A stretch of DNA of 64,000 nucleotides from NCBI GenBank assembly GCA_038058635.1, contig JBBUAP010000001.1, forward strand, positions 197,190 through 261,189. Reading direction: 5' to 3'. This document shows positions 8,658-18,250 of this stretch, one piece after another. The notes beneath the pieces were generated by a model. It was not told the origin of the DNA and did no database searches. It saw nothing but the letters and a program-made list of their open reading frames with translations. Origin of the DNA: Patescibacteria group bacterium. GTDB lineage: Bacteria > Patescibacteriota > UBA1384 > 2-12-FULL-50-11. Each line of letters begins with the position of its first letter. The first letter of the stretch is position 1. The position numbers and the translations under genes were made by a program.

Positions 8658-9059
8658 GTGATGAAGGGGGCAATGTCGCGCGAATTTATGCTGAAAGTAT
8701 TGTTAGTTGGGCTATTTGTATTTGCCGTTTATTCCAATATCAATTTGATTGTTCGCAATCATAAGTTGGGAACAATTTTGCGTGAGAAGAAAATCCAGAC
8801 CGCCCAACAGGCCTTTAATAACAGCAAATTGAAATTGTTGATCGCCTACTACCAAACCCCGTCGTTTCAGGAAGTTGAAGCTCGCCGCCGCCTAGGGCTA
8901 AAAAAACCCGACGAAAATGTTTATACGATTAAAGGATTAACCACCACCACCGACCAGAGCCCGGCCTTAAGCGACAATCTATATAACGACATCCAACCCG
9001 CTCCCCCAACCACCAAAACTAATATTCAGCTGTGGTGGCAGTACTTTTTCGGTGTGTAA
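8658..9059 (+). CDS. Septum formation initiator (FtsB/DivIC-like)
   Basis: N-terminal TM, coiled coil, EVEARRRLGLKKPDE motif. Confidence 0.8.
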   Translation: MMKGAMSREFMLKVLLVGLFVFAVYSNINLIVRNHKLGTILREKKIQTAQQAFNNSKLKLLIAYYQTPSFQEVEARRRLGLKKPDENVYTIKGLTTTTDQSPALSDNLYNDIQPAPPTTKTNIQLWWQYFFGV

Positions 9060-9351
9060 GTAAAAATATAAAGTTACCCTAGTTTTTACAATAAATTGGC
9101 TATGTCTAATCTGAAGTAGGGTAACTTTTCTGTAAATCCACCTATCATTTTTAATTTTTACTTACACTCTAATATAGAGTAGGCGATTTCACCCTGAAAC
9201 GACCCTCGAAACCTTTAGTAAGCTGATAGTCGCTGACCAAAAAATCAATATGCAGCTCCGATGAGAGTACTTTTTCCGCTAGTAGTGCCGGGGGCGGCGA
9301 TTTTCCGCTTCGCTTCAACCCCTCGTTTACGCTCGTGGCCGAACTTGTTTG

Positions 9352-9424
9352 TGCCGGTGGGAAGAATTGGACTTCCGACCTGACGCTTATGAAACGTCCG
9401 CTCTAACCACTGAGCTACACCGGC
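9352..9424 (-). tRNA. tRNA-Met(CAU), probably elongator
   Basis: GCCGGTG/CACCGGC acceptor, GACGT-TTCATAA-GCGTC; atypical T-loop TCCAATT. Confidence 0.85.
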
Positions 9425-9494
9425 ATGCTTGTAATTTTAATGGATTAACTCAAGAAAAACCAGTCTTTCGACTGGTTTTTCTCTATTTCTTGCG

Positions 9495-9538
9495 CCCCTC
9501 GACTTCCCTCGACAAAGCTCGGGACAGGTCGCTCGGGG
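9495..9538 (-). repeat. Nested REP-like palindromic element
   Basis: Minus strand CCCCGAGCGA[CCTGTCCCGAGCTTTGTCGAGGG]AAGTCGAGGGG: one hairpin inside another. Confidence 0.6.
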
Positions 9539-9568
9539 TTACGCAATTTCACAGTGTTCAATTGCTAG

Positions 9569-9883
9569 TAGCGGGGGTTAGATTCGAACTAACGACCTCG
9601 TGGTTATGCGTACCATTGCAACTTTCATTGCTCCAATTTCGTCGGTTGATGAAAATGGATTTTTGGTCTGGACTGTCCCTTGGCCCGTAAGGTTGTTACG
9701 GGTCTCCACCTACCAGTCTCTACACCTTTCCGCCAGTTGGCGGACTTGGCTCGGGATTGCCTCGGCTTACACCAGGGGTTTCCCCGAATTTGATGGATAA
9801 TCTTCTTAATAGTTACCTACTAAGACGCCCAAGTTCTAAAAATACTGTTGAGCCACGCGAGCTGACCACTGCTCCACCCCGCT
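9569..9883 (-). tRNA. Initiator tRNA-Met(CAU) split by an intron (exons 9883..9851 and 9608..9569)
   Basis: Spliced: AGCGGGG-TG-GAGC-AGTGGTCA-GCTC-G-CGTGG-CT^CATAA-CCACG...GTTAG-TTCGAAT-CTAAC-CCCCGCT-A; A11:U24 initiator signature. Confidence 0.92.
9609..9850 (-). ncRNA. Group I intron (242 nt) at tRNA position 33/34, no ORF
   Basis: P AAATTCGGGGAAA, Q AATCCCGAGC, R GTAGAGACTG, S AAGGGACAGTCC; follows exon U and ends in G. Confidence 0.93.
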
Positions 9884-9933
9884 ATCAGCCAGTATACCCA
9901 ATCGAACCCAGTCAGTCCAGCCAAAAGAGCTAA

Positions 9934-10118
9934 GAGCCTGTTTAAAATCTAACCGCAACATTAAGACTAAAAAAATACTGCTTGCCGGTTAAAACAAACA
10001 CATTTCCGCTGCAAATCACTCATTCTTCCTCACCGTATCCCGATACGGTTCATCGGTCTTCGTAATTTTCGCTCGAAATGTGTTCGTTTTTCCTCGGCAC
10101 TAGATTATAAACAGGCTC
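9934..10118. mobile_element. MITE-like element, 185 bp
   Basis: 18-bp TIRs GAGCCTGTTTAAAATCTA / TAGATTATAAACAGGCTC (1 mismatch), TAA direct repeats at 9931..9933 and 10119..10121, internal hairpin ACCGTATC-CC-GATACGGT. Confidence 0.8.
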
Positions 10119-10163
10119 TAATTAATCGTTGATTTAAGTCGAGTTTTACTCTAGAATTCAGTA

Positions 10164-11984
10164 ATGCCAACACGAAACAGATTTTCTCGACAGTTGTTTT
10201 CGGTTTTGACCGTCATTTTTGTTGTCGCCATCGTTTGGAGTCTATTTGGTTTAGGCAAAACGACACCGACTCAAGATGTTGCCATCTCGCAGATTGTTAA
10301 AGAAGTTGGCGACGGCCGAGTCGACCAAATAATTGTTGAGGGCAATAAAATCACGGCGCTGACCAAAGATAAAATTCAACTCGTTGCCTACAAAGAAGCC
10401 AGCCAGGGACTGAAAGATTACGGCATTACTGGTGATAAAGTAACGGTTAATATCAAAAATCCCGACTCTGGTGCTCTCTGGACGACATTACTGACTGTTT
10501 TTCTACCGTTCTTACTTATCGGCGGACTACTTTACTTTATGACCCGCCAAGCTCGCTCAGGCAACAATCAGGCCATGTCGTTTGGTAAAACGACCGCTCG
10601 GCTGGACGACGGCAAGAAAGGCGTTACTTTCAAGGATGTCGCCGGCATGAAGCATGTTAAGCAAGAGTTGGTCGAGGTCGTTGATTTCTTAAAAAATCCA
10701 GCCAAGTTTAAAGCGCTGGGTGCCGAAATTCCCCGAGGGGTTTTGTTGGTTGGACCGGCTGGTGTCGGTAAAACATTGCTGGCAAAAGCCGTCGCTGGTG
10801 AAGCCGGCGTACCGTTCTACTCCATCTCCGCTTCCGAATTTGTGGAAATGTTTGTCGGTGTTGGCGCTTCGCGAGTCCGTGATTTATTTACCAAAGCCAA
10901 GAAGACCGCCCCAACTGTTATTTTTATTGACGAACTTGACGCCGTTGGCCGCCAGCGCGGCACCGGTTTGGGCGGTTCGCACGACGAACGCGAACAAACC
11001 CTCAATCAAATTTTGGTGGAGATGGATGGTTTTGATACCGAAGCTAATGTCATTGTTCTGGCGGCGACAAACCGTCCCGATGTTCTTGATCCGGCCCTGC
11101 TCCGTCCGGGCCGGTTTGATCGCAAGGTTGTTTTAGATATGCCCGATCGTCCGGAACGGGCAGAGATTTTGGCTATCCACTCTAAAAACAAACCGTTAGC
11201 CAAAGACGTTAATTTAGAAGAAGTCGCCAAGAGTACCCCGGGTTTGTCCGGCGCCGATTTGCGCAATGTCGCCAATGAAGCAGCGATTTTAGCGGCTCGC
11301 GACAATCGCAAAAAAATCGAGCAAAAGGATTTCCGTAATTCGATTGAAAAAGTTTTGCTTGGCCCAGAACGAACCAGTCATTTACTGAAAGATAAAGAAA
11401 AAGAAATCGTTGCCTATCACGAAGCTGGTCACGCTATTGTCGGGCATCTGCTGGCTGATAAAGACGAGGTCCACAAAGTGTCGATTATTTCTCGCGGTAT
11501 GGCGCTCGGTTTCACTTTAAGCTTGCCCAAAGAAGACAATAAACTTATTCCAAAAAGTCAGTTTGAGCACGAGCTGGCTCGCCTGCTCGGCGGCCGGGCA
11601 GCTGAAGAGCTGATCTTTAAGGAGGTGACGACCGGTGCTTCCAACGACCTAGAGCGAGCGACCGAAATCGCCCGTAATATGGTGACGGTCTACGGTATGA
11701 GCGAGCTCGGTCCGATCAAGCTCGGTGAGCGTGAAGAGATGGTTTTCTTGGGCCGCGAAATGGGTATGCACCGAGTCCATTCGGAAAAAGTTGCTGCTAA
11801 AATTGATGAAGAGATTAGTCGCTTGATTGATATCGGCTGGAAAACGGCAGTGGCTTTGCTAAAGAAAGAAATCAAAGTTCTGCACCATATGGCCAAAGAA
11901 TTACTAGAAAAAGAAACCCTCGAAGACGACGACTTACGGGCTGTGTTTGCTACACTAAAAGTAGCAAACAATGTCGTCGCCTAA
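10164..11984 (+). CDS. ftsH: ATP-dependent zinc metalloprotease FtsH
   Basis: Two TMs, [31 protein letters not shown]. Confidence 0.98.
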   Translation: MPTRNRFSRQLFSVLTVIFVVAIVWSLFGLGKTTPTQDVAISQIVKEVGDGRVDQIIVEGNKITALTKDKIQLVAYKEASQGLKDYGITGDKVTVNIKNPDSGALWTTLLTVFLPFLLIGGLLYFMTRQARSGNNQAMSFGKTTARLDDGKKGVTFKDVAGMKHVKQELVEVVDFLKNPAKFKALGAEIPRGVLLVGPAGVGKTLLAKAVAGEAGVPFYSISASEFVEMFVGVGASRVRDLFTKAKKTAPTVIFIDELDAVGRQRGTGLGGSHDEREQTLNQILVEMDGFDTEANVIVLAATNRPDVLDPALLRPGRFDRKVVLDMPDRPERAEILAIHSKNKPLAKDVNLEEVAKSTPGLSGADLRNVANEAAILAARDNRKKIEQKDFRNSIEKVLLGPERTSHLLKDKEKEIVAYHEAGHAIVGHLLADKDEVHKVSIISRGMALGFTLSLPKEDNKLIPKSQFEHELARLLGGRAAEELIFKEVTTGASNDLERATEIARNMVTVYGMSELGPIKLGEREEMVFLGREMGMHRVHSEKVAAKIDEEISRLIDIGWKTAVALLKKEIKVLHHMAKELLEKETLEDDDLRAVFATLKVANNVVA

Positions 11985-12513
11985 GGGATTAGAGAAACTT
12001 TTCTGGATTACCGGCTGGATCTACGATTTTTCTAAAATCGCGACGATTTTATTAATAGTTGGGTTACTGACCCACTATTTTTTCCTGTCGGTTCTGGTGG
12101 TGAGGGGCAAGAGTATGATACCTAATTTCACCGACGGCGAGGTGCTCATGATTAACAAAATTGCTTATCGGTACGCCTCGCCAGAGCGCGGTGATGTGGT
12201 GGCGATGTATTGGCCGGGCGAAACCGAAAAACGCTTCATCAAGCGAATTGTCGGTCTGCCGGGCGAAACCGTTCGGGTTAGTGCCGGGCTGGTTTACATT
12301 AACGACGCTCATTTGGAAGAAAGCTACCTCGACTCGAGCGTCACCACTTCCAACGAACTAACCCGAACCCTCCAGAGTAACGAGTATTTTGTTTTCGGAG
12401 ATAACCGCGCCAATAGCTCGGACTCCCGAGCCTGGGGACCGGTCCCCAGAAGCTTTCTAATCGGCAAAATCGGTTCAGAAATCTTCCAGCTTTCCGCCCA
12501 AGCGGCTAATTAA
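11971..12513 (+). CDS. lepB: Signal peptidase I
   Basis: GKSMIP, RGDVV, FIKRIVGLPGE, GDNRANSSDSR. Confidence 0.95.
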   Translation: MSSPKGLEKLFWITGWIYDFSKIATILLIVGLLTHYFFLSVLVVRGKSMIPNFTDGEVLMINKIAYRYASPERGDVVAMYWPGETEKRFIKRIVGLPGETVRVSAGLVYINDAHLEESYLDSSVTTSNELTRTLQSNEYFVFGDNRANSSDSRAWGPVPRSFLIGKIGSEIFQLSAQAAN

Positions 12514-14113
12514 CCAGTGGGCCGCGCAGCGTGGTGAGGAGCTTGGAGGTTCTGCTAACAAATTCCACCAATTCTCCGCCGACAGTATCGGCATCGACTT
12601 CCGAATACGCCACCAGCCAATCCGGCTGGACGATCGTGCTAGATGATTGCTCAAAACGATTAACCCATTCGGCGGTTTTGCCGAGCACAATCGCATACGA
12701 TAGATACCTCTCAAAAGTTTGATTGCGCGCCATCGCCGGATCGATCGGGTCGGGCGAACCCAAGTACTGACTATATGAAAGCCAGGCCGCCCGTTGTTTC
12801 AGACCGGTCTGACTGTATCGGGTCAGCCCGGCAGTTAGGCGTAAAATTAACCACGAAAGAACGATAGTGCCGATTAACGGAATGAGTAAGTAGGGCGTGA
12901 TGTCGCTGACGGCTGTCCAAACCAAACCTGCAACGCTGGCAAAATACAACAGTAGGGCAATCAATTTGTAACGAATTCTGGTGAGGTGCGGATTCTCAAC
13001 GAAATAGTGTTGTTGGGTAATAATCTCGTAGATATCGTTGAATGCGTCATGAACCGGCAGACTAAAAAGGGCTTGTTTGTGAAAGGCGGTAATCTCGGAG
13101 GCGGATATTTTATTTTCCAACTTCGGTAAGACTTGTTCCAGAATGTTTTTTTCCCACAGTTGGAGATGTTGATCGGGCGGTTTCCTCTTACCAAAAAAAT
13201 AATCCGGCCCATTTTTTATAATCACTAAATAGCCGCGATAACAAAGATCGACCAGTAAGGCCACGATCTCCTCCGGATAAATCTTTTTATTGACCAACAC
13301 TCCAACGATCATCGGTGAGAGTTCGCTTGGCAGCAGACTAATCGTCGGGCCAAGTTTGACTCTATCCTGACGGCGCTGACGAACGATCAAAAACAATAAA
13401 ACAACCAGAGCCAGTAGCGGCAAGGAGACACCAAGAATAATCCAAGGCAAGCTGTCTAGATTCGTTAGCGCCAACTTCGCTTCCTGAAAGCGGTTGAGCT
13501 GAAGAATTGACTTGGGCCAACTAGCACTGATTGTCATTAGTCCCTTCGGACCAGCGTAATCAGCCCGGTAGGTAATCGTTTTAGCGCCGGTCACTTCGCT
13601 CGTTGCCCCCAGCACGCCGCCGATAGCATAAGCGTTCCCGGTTAGCGACTGAATTTCGGTTTGTGCCGAGTGTTCAGGCAAGCTAAAAGTCACTTCAGTG
13701 TGATTAACCGCTACGCCCGGTTCCTGGAAAACTTTGAAAAAGAACTGGTCGCGGTCGTTATGGCGAATTAGATTGCCAGCGGTTTGGTAGCTTAAATTCC
13801 AACGACTAGCGGCGGTTCCTTCGGAAATTAGTCGCTTCGTTGCTCCGTCACGAATCAAGCGCCAACTGCTATCGGGAACCGTTTGGCCGTCGGCACTGAC
13901 GATGAGCTGACGCGGACTAGAAAATAATTGCCAGTCGAGGCCGCTCGAGCCAGCCAAGACAATTTCTTGATCGACTGTCACTTTTCCATCTAACTGGAGA
14001 GTGGCCTTAACAGTTAGGCTACTGACACCAATGGCGGCCTGGGCAGAGGGAGTAACAGACATCAGCCCGGTCAGAAGTACTGCCACTAGGATTGCTCGTC
14101 GAATATTCATCAA
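12506..14113 (-). CDS. DUF2207-family membrane protein
   Basis: Signal peptide, DGKVTVDQEI, ALLVDL..RGYL, ERYLSYAIVLG...W, PDW. Confidence 0.8.
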   Translation of the reverse strand: MMNIRRAILVAVLLTGLMSVTPSAQAAIGVSSLTVKATLQLDGKVTVDQEIVLAGSSGLDWQLFSSPRQLIVSADGQTVPDSSWRLIRDGATKRLISEGTAASRWNLSYQTAGNLIRHNDRDQFFFKVFQEPGVAVNHTEVTFSLPEHSAQTEIQSLTGNAYAIGGVLGATSEVTGAKTITYRADYAGPKGLMTISASWPKSILQLNRFQEAKLALTNLDSLPWIILGVSLPLLALVVLLFLIVRQRRQDRVKLGPTISLLPSELSPMIVGVLVNKKIYPEEIVALLVDLCYRGYLVIIKNGPDYFFGKRKPPDQHLQLWEKNILEQVLPKLENKISASEITAFHKQALFSLPVHDAFNDIYEIITQQHYFVENPHLTRIRYKLIALLLYFASVAGLVWTAVSDITPYLLIPLIGTIVLSWLILRLTAGLTRYSQTGLKQRAAWLSYSQYLGSPDPIDPAMARNQTFERYLSYAIVLGKTAEWVNRFEQSSSTIVQPDWLVAYSEVDADTVGGELVEFVSRTSKLLTTLRGPLVN

Positions 14114-14171
14114 CTACTAGTATCTTACATCTCTGGTCATACAGCTACTTTTGTCCGCTATCTGGCCGATC

Positions 14172-14232
14172 GACTTTGATCTTTGTCTCTTAGATATCTA
14201 GTTTTGACTTTTGACTTTTGAGTTTTGAGTTA
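14172..14232 (+). repeat. One-armed heptamer tandem repeat
   Basis: TTTTGAC-TTTTGAC-TTTTGAG-TTTTGAG. Confidence 0.6.
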
Positions 14233-14257
14233 CTTTCCAGTGTATGCTGAAAGGACA

Positions 14258-14512
14258 ATGCGTCGTTTTGCCGTTGGCTACCTCACCACCGCAGTTGTTA
14301 TTATTTTCCTAGCTAATCTAGCATTAGTCGTATTGTATGTTCGTCAATTTGGCTTGAACGCCCAGGCGCTAGCCGACTGCCTTCCCAACGACTGCCAGAC
14401 CAGCAATGTCTTGACCGACTTCGTAGTCGTCAACAGCATTCTTGTCGGGGTATTACTGACCATCTGGTGGGCGGTGAACAAATTGCACTCTCACCAATCG
14501 GCTCACCACTAG
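14258..14512 (+). CDS. Small two-TM hypothetical protein
   Basis: ATG after AAGGA; two hydrophobic helices flanking a CxxxC loop. Confidence 0.65.
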   Translation: MRRFAVGYLTTAVVIIFLANLALVVLYVRQFGLNAQALADCLPNDCQTSNVLTDFVVVNSILVGVLLTIWWAVNKLHSHQSAHH

Positions 14513-14549
14513 CTCGATAGCGCCCCTAAGTGGTAATCTGAAGCTACAC

Positions 14550-15107
14550 ATGCGTAGCAAAGTGCTTGTTGTTTTGGTTGTAGTCGTATCAATATTGGCA
14601 GCGTATACGCTGTCAAAGCCGATCACGACTCAAACCCGACAAGGGACGATCGAGCTGACGCATCTACCCGATCAGTACTGTCCGCTGTCAGCCGCCGTTG
14701 TCGCCACCGACCTCGATGCCAAGACCCCAAAAATTTTGCTTGACATCGAAGTGGCTATTGATGAGTGTCGCTACATTACCCTCGCCAAATTGTCTGGTCT
14801 CGGCAGTGAGCCGCAGTTCATTTTTGTTAAAATTTCCGGCCAGCTGGCCTTCCGCGTCCAGATTGACTCGATCAAAGGTCGTTATCAATTCGCCCCGAGT
14901 TTGGGGGATGTCAACAACGACAATATTATTGATTCCAATGACGAAACCCAGGTCAGTTCGGCGCTCTTTAGCAATGATGAGACCAAAATTTCTCTCAATG
15001 ATCTCGACCGAGACAAGAAAGTCAGCGTCTTAGACTTGAGTTTGACCAGAATTAACCGTCGTGCCGGCGTTGAACGACCGGACGGCCAGAGTTGGAGCCG
15101 GTCATGA
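14550..15107 (+). CDS. Secreted/anchored protein with C-terminal dockerin-like duplicated EF-hand
   Basis: GDVNNDNIIDSND ... DLDRDKKVSVLDL. Confidence 0.75.
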   Translation: MRSKVLVVLVVVVSILAAYTLSKPITTQTRQGTIELTHLPDQYCPLSAAVVATDLDAKTPKILLDIEVAIDECRYITLAKLSGLGSEPQFIFVKISGQLAFRVQIDSIKGRYQFAPSLGDVNNDNIIDSNDETQVSSALFSNDETKISLNDLDRDKKVSVLDLSLTRINRRAGVERPDGQSWSRS

Positions 15108-16429
15108 GCCTTCGTGCCGTCTCGACCCGAACGGCTTTTGTGCTGGTTAGTATCGTGACGATTCTGCTGATTGTCGGTTCGGCCTTCTTGAGCAGAGTTG
15201 TTTTTAAAGCCGCCTCTTCATCCGCGACGCTCTATTTTAGCCAATCATCAATTCAGGCTAAGCCCGAGACAACTTTCAAGATCGAAATTCTAGCCGATCT
15301 GTCCGCTTCGGCCGACCTGACCGGCGTCCAGCTGGAACTTAATTTTGATCCCAAAATTGTCAACCCGACCGATTTCAAGCCGGCGGTCCGGTGGAAAAAG
15401 GTTTTCTCCAAGGTAGAAAACGGTAAGCTTTTCTTGGTGATGGTGCCAGTCGAGGACCAGGTCCAATCAAACCAAGCAGCAACGGGCTTGAGTTTGGTCT
15501 CGCTGACTTTCACAACCCTGGCTGAAGGAGCGACTAATTTGACCCTGACCGCCGCCAATACTCTGCTGGCCGTCGCCAGTACTCCGGGCGCCAAAGGAGT
15601 AGAGAATGTGGTCGAATCGGTCATTGATGCTCAAGTTAGCGTCTCCAACATGGCTATTGCTACCCCGACTGACGACTCACTAAAAGTAAACGCTATTACC
15701 ACCCAAGACGAGGTGGTGTTTTCCAGCCAAAGAATTCTTTCAACTTCGTCGATCCTAACGCCCAGCTCGGCGGTAATTTTAGTCCACCTTGAACACCCGG
15801 CCAGAGTCTCAGTTGCTTTCGGTGCCACGACGGCGCTCGGCAATCGAGCCGATTACTCGACACGCGCCGATCAAGCCGCTATCAGAATCGCTGGCTTAGC
15901 AGCCTCTCAGCGCTATTACTATCAAGTGGTGGCCGAGGACGACGACGCTACCAATCGAGTATTGGGACAGATAAAAAGTTTTGAGCTACCAGCTCTGAGC
16001 TCCGCAACTACTGTCGATCGGGCCGAGTTAACCATCTTCCCGGCTCGCGCGGCGACTGGTGCTACGGCCTACGCCGTTTTCTTTGATCAGGATAATAAAG
16101 TTGTGAGCGGTCTCAACCCAGAAATAAAAGTTGATACCGATCGGGTTTCCGCCACTAAGTTCAGCGAGGTGAGCGGTTTGTATCAGTCTGTGCTCGGCTC
16201 GCTCGAAACGGAAAAACTTACAATTTTTTCGGCCGTACTGCTGGATGGTCAAGAACTAGCAGGCGCTAATGTCATGTTCGATCCCGCGCTGGCCAATACG
16301 GCGGTCAAGCCCAATCAGACTTTCTTAGCCATTAAATTCGACCAGAAAACTATCAATGTGATTTTGGCGCTAGTGGCCGGATTGTTGATGTTGGGAGTTG
16401 GTTTCTACAAATTAGCGCGTGCTCGGTAA
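15092..16429 (+). CDS. Membrane-anchored protein with cohesin-like and Fn3/Ig-like domains
   Basis: ATLYFS......ETTFKIEI......LTGVQLELNFDPKIV cohesin pattern; GLAASQRYYYQV Fn3; N- and C-terminal TMs. Confidence 0.72.
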   Translation: MEPVMSLRAVSTRTAFVLVSIVTILLIVGSAFLSRVVFKAASSSATLYFSQSSIQAKPETTFKIEILADLSASADLTGVQLELNFDPKIVNPTDFKPAVRWKKVFSKVENGKLFLVMVPVEDQVQSNQAATGLSLVSLTFTTLAEGATNLTLTAANTLLAVASTPGAKGVENVVESVIDAQVSVSNMAIATPTDDSLKVNAITTQDEVVFSSQRILSTSSILTPSSAVILVHLEHPARVSVAFGATTALGNRADYSTRADQAAIRIAGLAASQRYYYQVVAEDDDATNRVLGQIKSFELPALSSATTVDRAELTIFPARAATGATAYAVFFDQDNKVVSGLNPEIKVDTDRVSATKFSEVSGLYQSVLGSLETEKLTIFSAVLLDGQELAGANVMFDPALANTAVKPNQTFLAIKFDQKTINVILALVAGLLMLGVGFYKLARAR

Positions 16430-18043
16430 ATGTCGCCAATCAAACGCCTAAGCAGTATGTTTTGGGGTAGCCATAACCTCAAACAAGCCGTGGGCATTTT
16501 GTTTGTAACAGTTTTGATTAGCAATGTTTTGGGCTTGGCTCGTAATGTCATTATCGCCAATCGAGTTGGCCTGACTTACGGCACGATCGGGCCGCTTGAT
16601 AGCTACTACGCTGCCTTTGTTCTGCCGGACTTGTTTTACAATTTTCTGATTGTTGGTGCTTTGGCGACGGCCGTCTTGCCGATGCTGGTCAAGCTCGATA
16701 CCGACGGCGACGATCAGGAATTTTGGCGAACATTTAATGTGCTAATTTCGACTGGATTTACGGTGATTGTTGTAGCCATGATCGGGCTTTACATCGCCAT
16801 GCCATATTTATTGCCCCTACTAATCCCCGGCTTTGACCAAGCCACCCAACAGACAACTGTTGAGCTGGCTCGGGTGTTGCTGTTGAGCCCGCTCTTTTTC
16901 ACCATCTCTCAACTGGCCAGTTCGGCCCTGCAAGCCAAGCGCCACTTTGCCACTCCCGCCCTGGCCCCAATCATTTACAATCTGGCGATTATCGGTGGGG
17001 CGCTATTGATTCCCGAATACGGCTTGTCGGTGTTAGTGGCGGGGGTAATTACCGGCGCGGCCGCTCACTTTCTGATTCAATTGCCGAGTCTCTATCGGTT
17101 GGGTTGGCAGTTTCGTTTCACTTTCGGTCTAGCTCATGATCGGGTCCGTCAGGTGATGAAAGTGATGTTACCTCGAGCGATTGCCTTGACCGGCAATCAA
17201 ATGCTTTTGGTCGTCTTCTATCATTTAGCATCGAATCTTAATTCGGGTTCAATCGCCATCTATCGTCTGACCGACGATCTGCAGACGGCGCCGGTCTTGC
17301 TACTCGCCAACACTTTGGCGATGGCAGTGCTACCGGATTTTGCTCGTCAGATTGCTCGGGACGATCAGATCGAATTCAGGGAATTAATCGGCAAGACAAT
17401 CAGATTAATTATCTTTATCTTTGCCCCGATTACCCTATTCTTCTTTATTTTTAGCCGCCCGATTATTAATCTCTATATCAGCATTGGTCACAGCATTAGT
17501 CCGCTGGAAACCGAATGGGCGGTCGATACTTTCCGGTTGTTTATCGTTTCCCTGCCGTTCCAGGGCTCAATCTTAATTTTGGCCCGATCGTATTTTGCTC
17601 GTTCCGATACTGTCCGGCCGACTATCTTTAGCTTAATATCAATCGGGATGGCCTGGTTGGCCGCAGTGCTACTAGTAAAAAATACCGAGCTCGGTCCGGC
17701 TGGGTTAGCGTTGGCTTTCTCGATCGGCTCGACAATTAACGCTTTACTGCTTTGGTCGAGTTTAAAGCTACCGTTCTCGGTCCTTTGGCGCGATAGCGAG
17801 TTGCGCTCCAATTTCCCGCCGATCTTTTTTGGCGCCGCCCTCTCTGGCGCAGTGATGTTCGTTAGTTACAAACTTTTTACGCCCCTGTCGATTATGGCTC
17901 TGGCCGGTCCATCGGCTCAAAACTTGTTTGTCATTTTGGCTAGTCTCTTCTGTGGCTTAGCGGTTTACGGTTACTGGGCCAAAATAAATAAATTAGAACA
18001 ATGGCAACTGATCAGACCAAACAATCATTCTACGGAGAAGTAG
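16430..18043 (+). CDS. murJ: Lipid II flippase MurJ
   Basis: LGLARN, DSYYAAF.LPD, GAL....LP, PALAPIIYN, about 14 TMs. Confidence 0.93.
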   Translation: MSPIKRLSSMFWGSHNLKQAVGILFVTVLISNVLGLARNVIIANRVGLTYGTIGPLDSYYAAFVLPDLFYNFLIVGALATAVLPMLVKLDTDGDDQEFWRTFNVLISTGFTVIVVAMIGLYIAMPYLLPLLIPGFDQATQQTTVELARVLLLSPLFFTISQLASSALQAKRHFATPALAPIIYNLAIIGGALLIPEYGLSVLVAGVITGAAAHFLIQLPSLYRLGWQFRFTFGLAHDRVRQVMKVMLPRAIALTGNQMLLVVFYHLASNLNSGSIAIYRLTDDLQTAPVLLLANTLAMAVLPDFARQIARDDQIEFRELIGKTIRLIIFIFAPITLFFFIFSRPIINLYISIGHSISPLETEWAVDTFRLFIVSLPFQGSILILARSYFARSDTVRPTIFSLISIGMAWLAAVLLVKNTELGPAGLALAFSIGSTINALLLWSSLKLPFSVLWRDSELRSNFPPIFFGAALSGAVMFVSYKLFTPLSIMALAGPSAQNLFVILASLFCGLAVYGYWAKINKLEQWQLIRPNNHSTEK

Positions 18044-18144
18044 ATAAGTTTCGCTATCGGACCAATTGGGGCTGTTTGGGCTGGGCATTGGTGATTGTTG
18101 CTGTGGTGGCACTAGCGGTTTGGTGGATTTGGAAAAAGCTCTAA
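18001..18144 (+). CDS. 47-aa single-TM protein (not in ORF track)
   Basis: MATDQTKQSFYGEVDKFRYRTNWGCLGWALVIVAVVALAVWWIWKKL; overlaps the murJ 3' end. Confidence 0.55.
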   Translation: MATDQTKQSFYGEVDKFRYRTNWGCLGWALVIVAVVALAVWWIWKKL

Positions 18145-18183
18145 TTCTCGACCTGTTACCGGTTTTCGGGTAGAATAACAGGG

Positions 18184-18249
18184 ATGCAGATCCGAAATTT
18201 CGCTATCATTTCGACCGAGCGATTGCGAGGAAAAAAGATGGCAAAGTAA
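18184..18249 (+). other. 21-aa upstream ORF duplicating the LepA N-terminus
   Basis: MQIRNFAIISTERLRGKKMAK* vs LepA MEIRNFAIIAH; TAGAAT 7 nt upstream. Confidence 0.75.
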
Positions 18250-18250
18250 A

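Noticed and set aside
9349-9800. ORFs 9349..9690 and 9600..9800
   Set aside because: Antisense shadows of tRNA genes and the intron; no homing-endonuclease ORF in the intron
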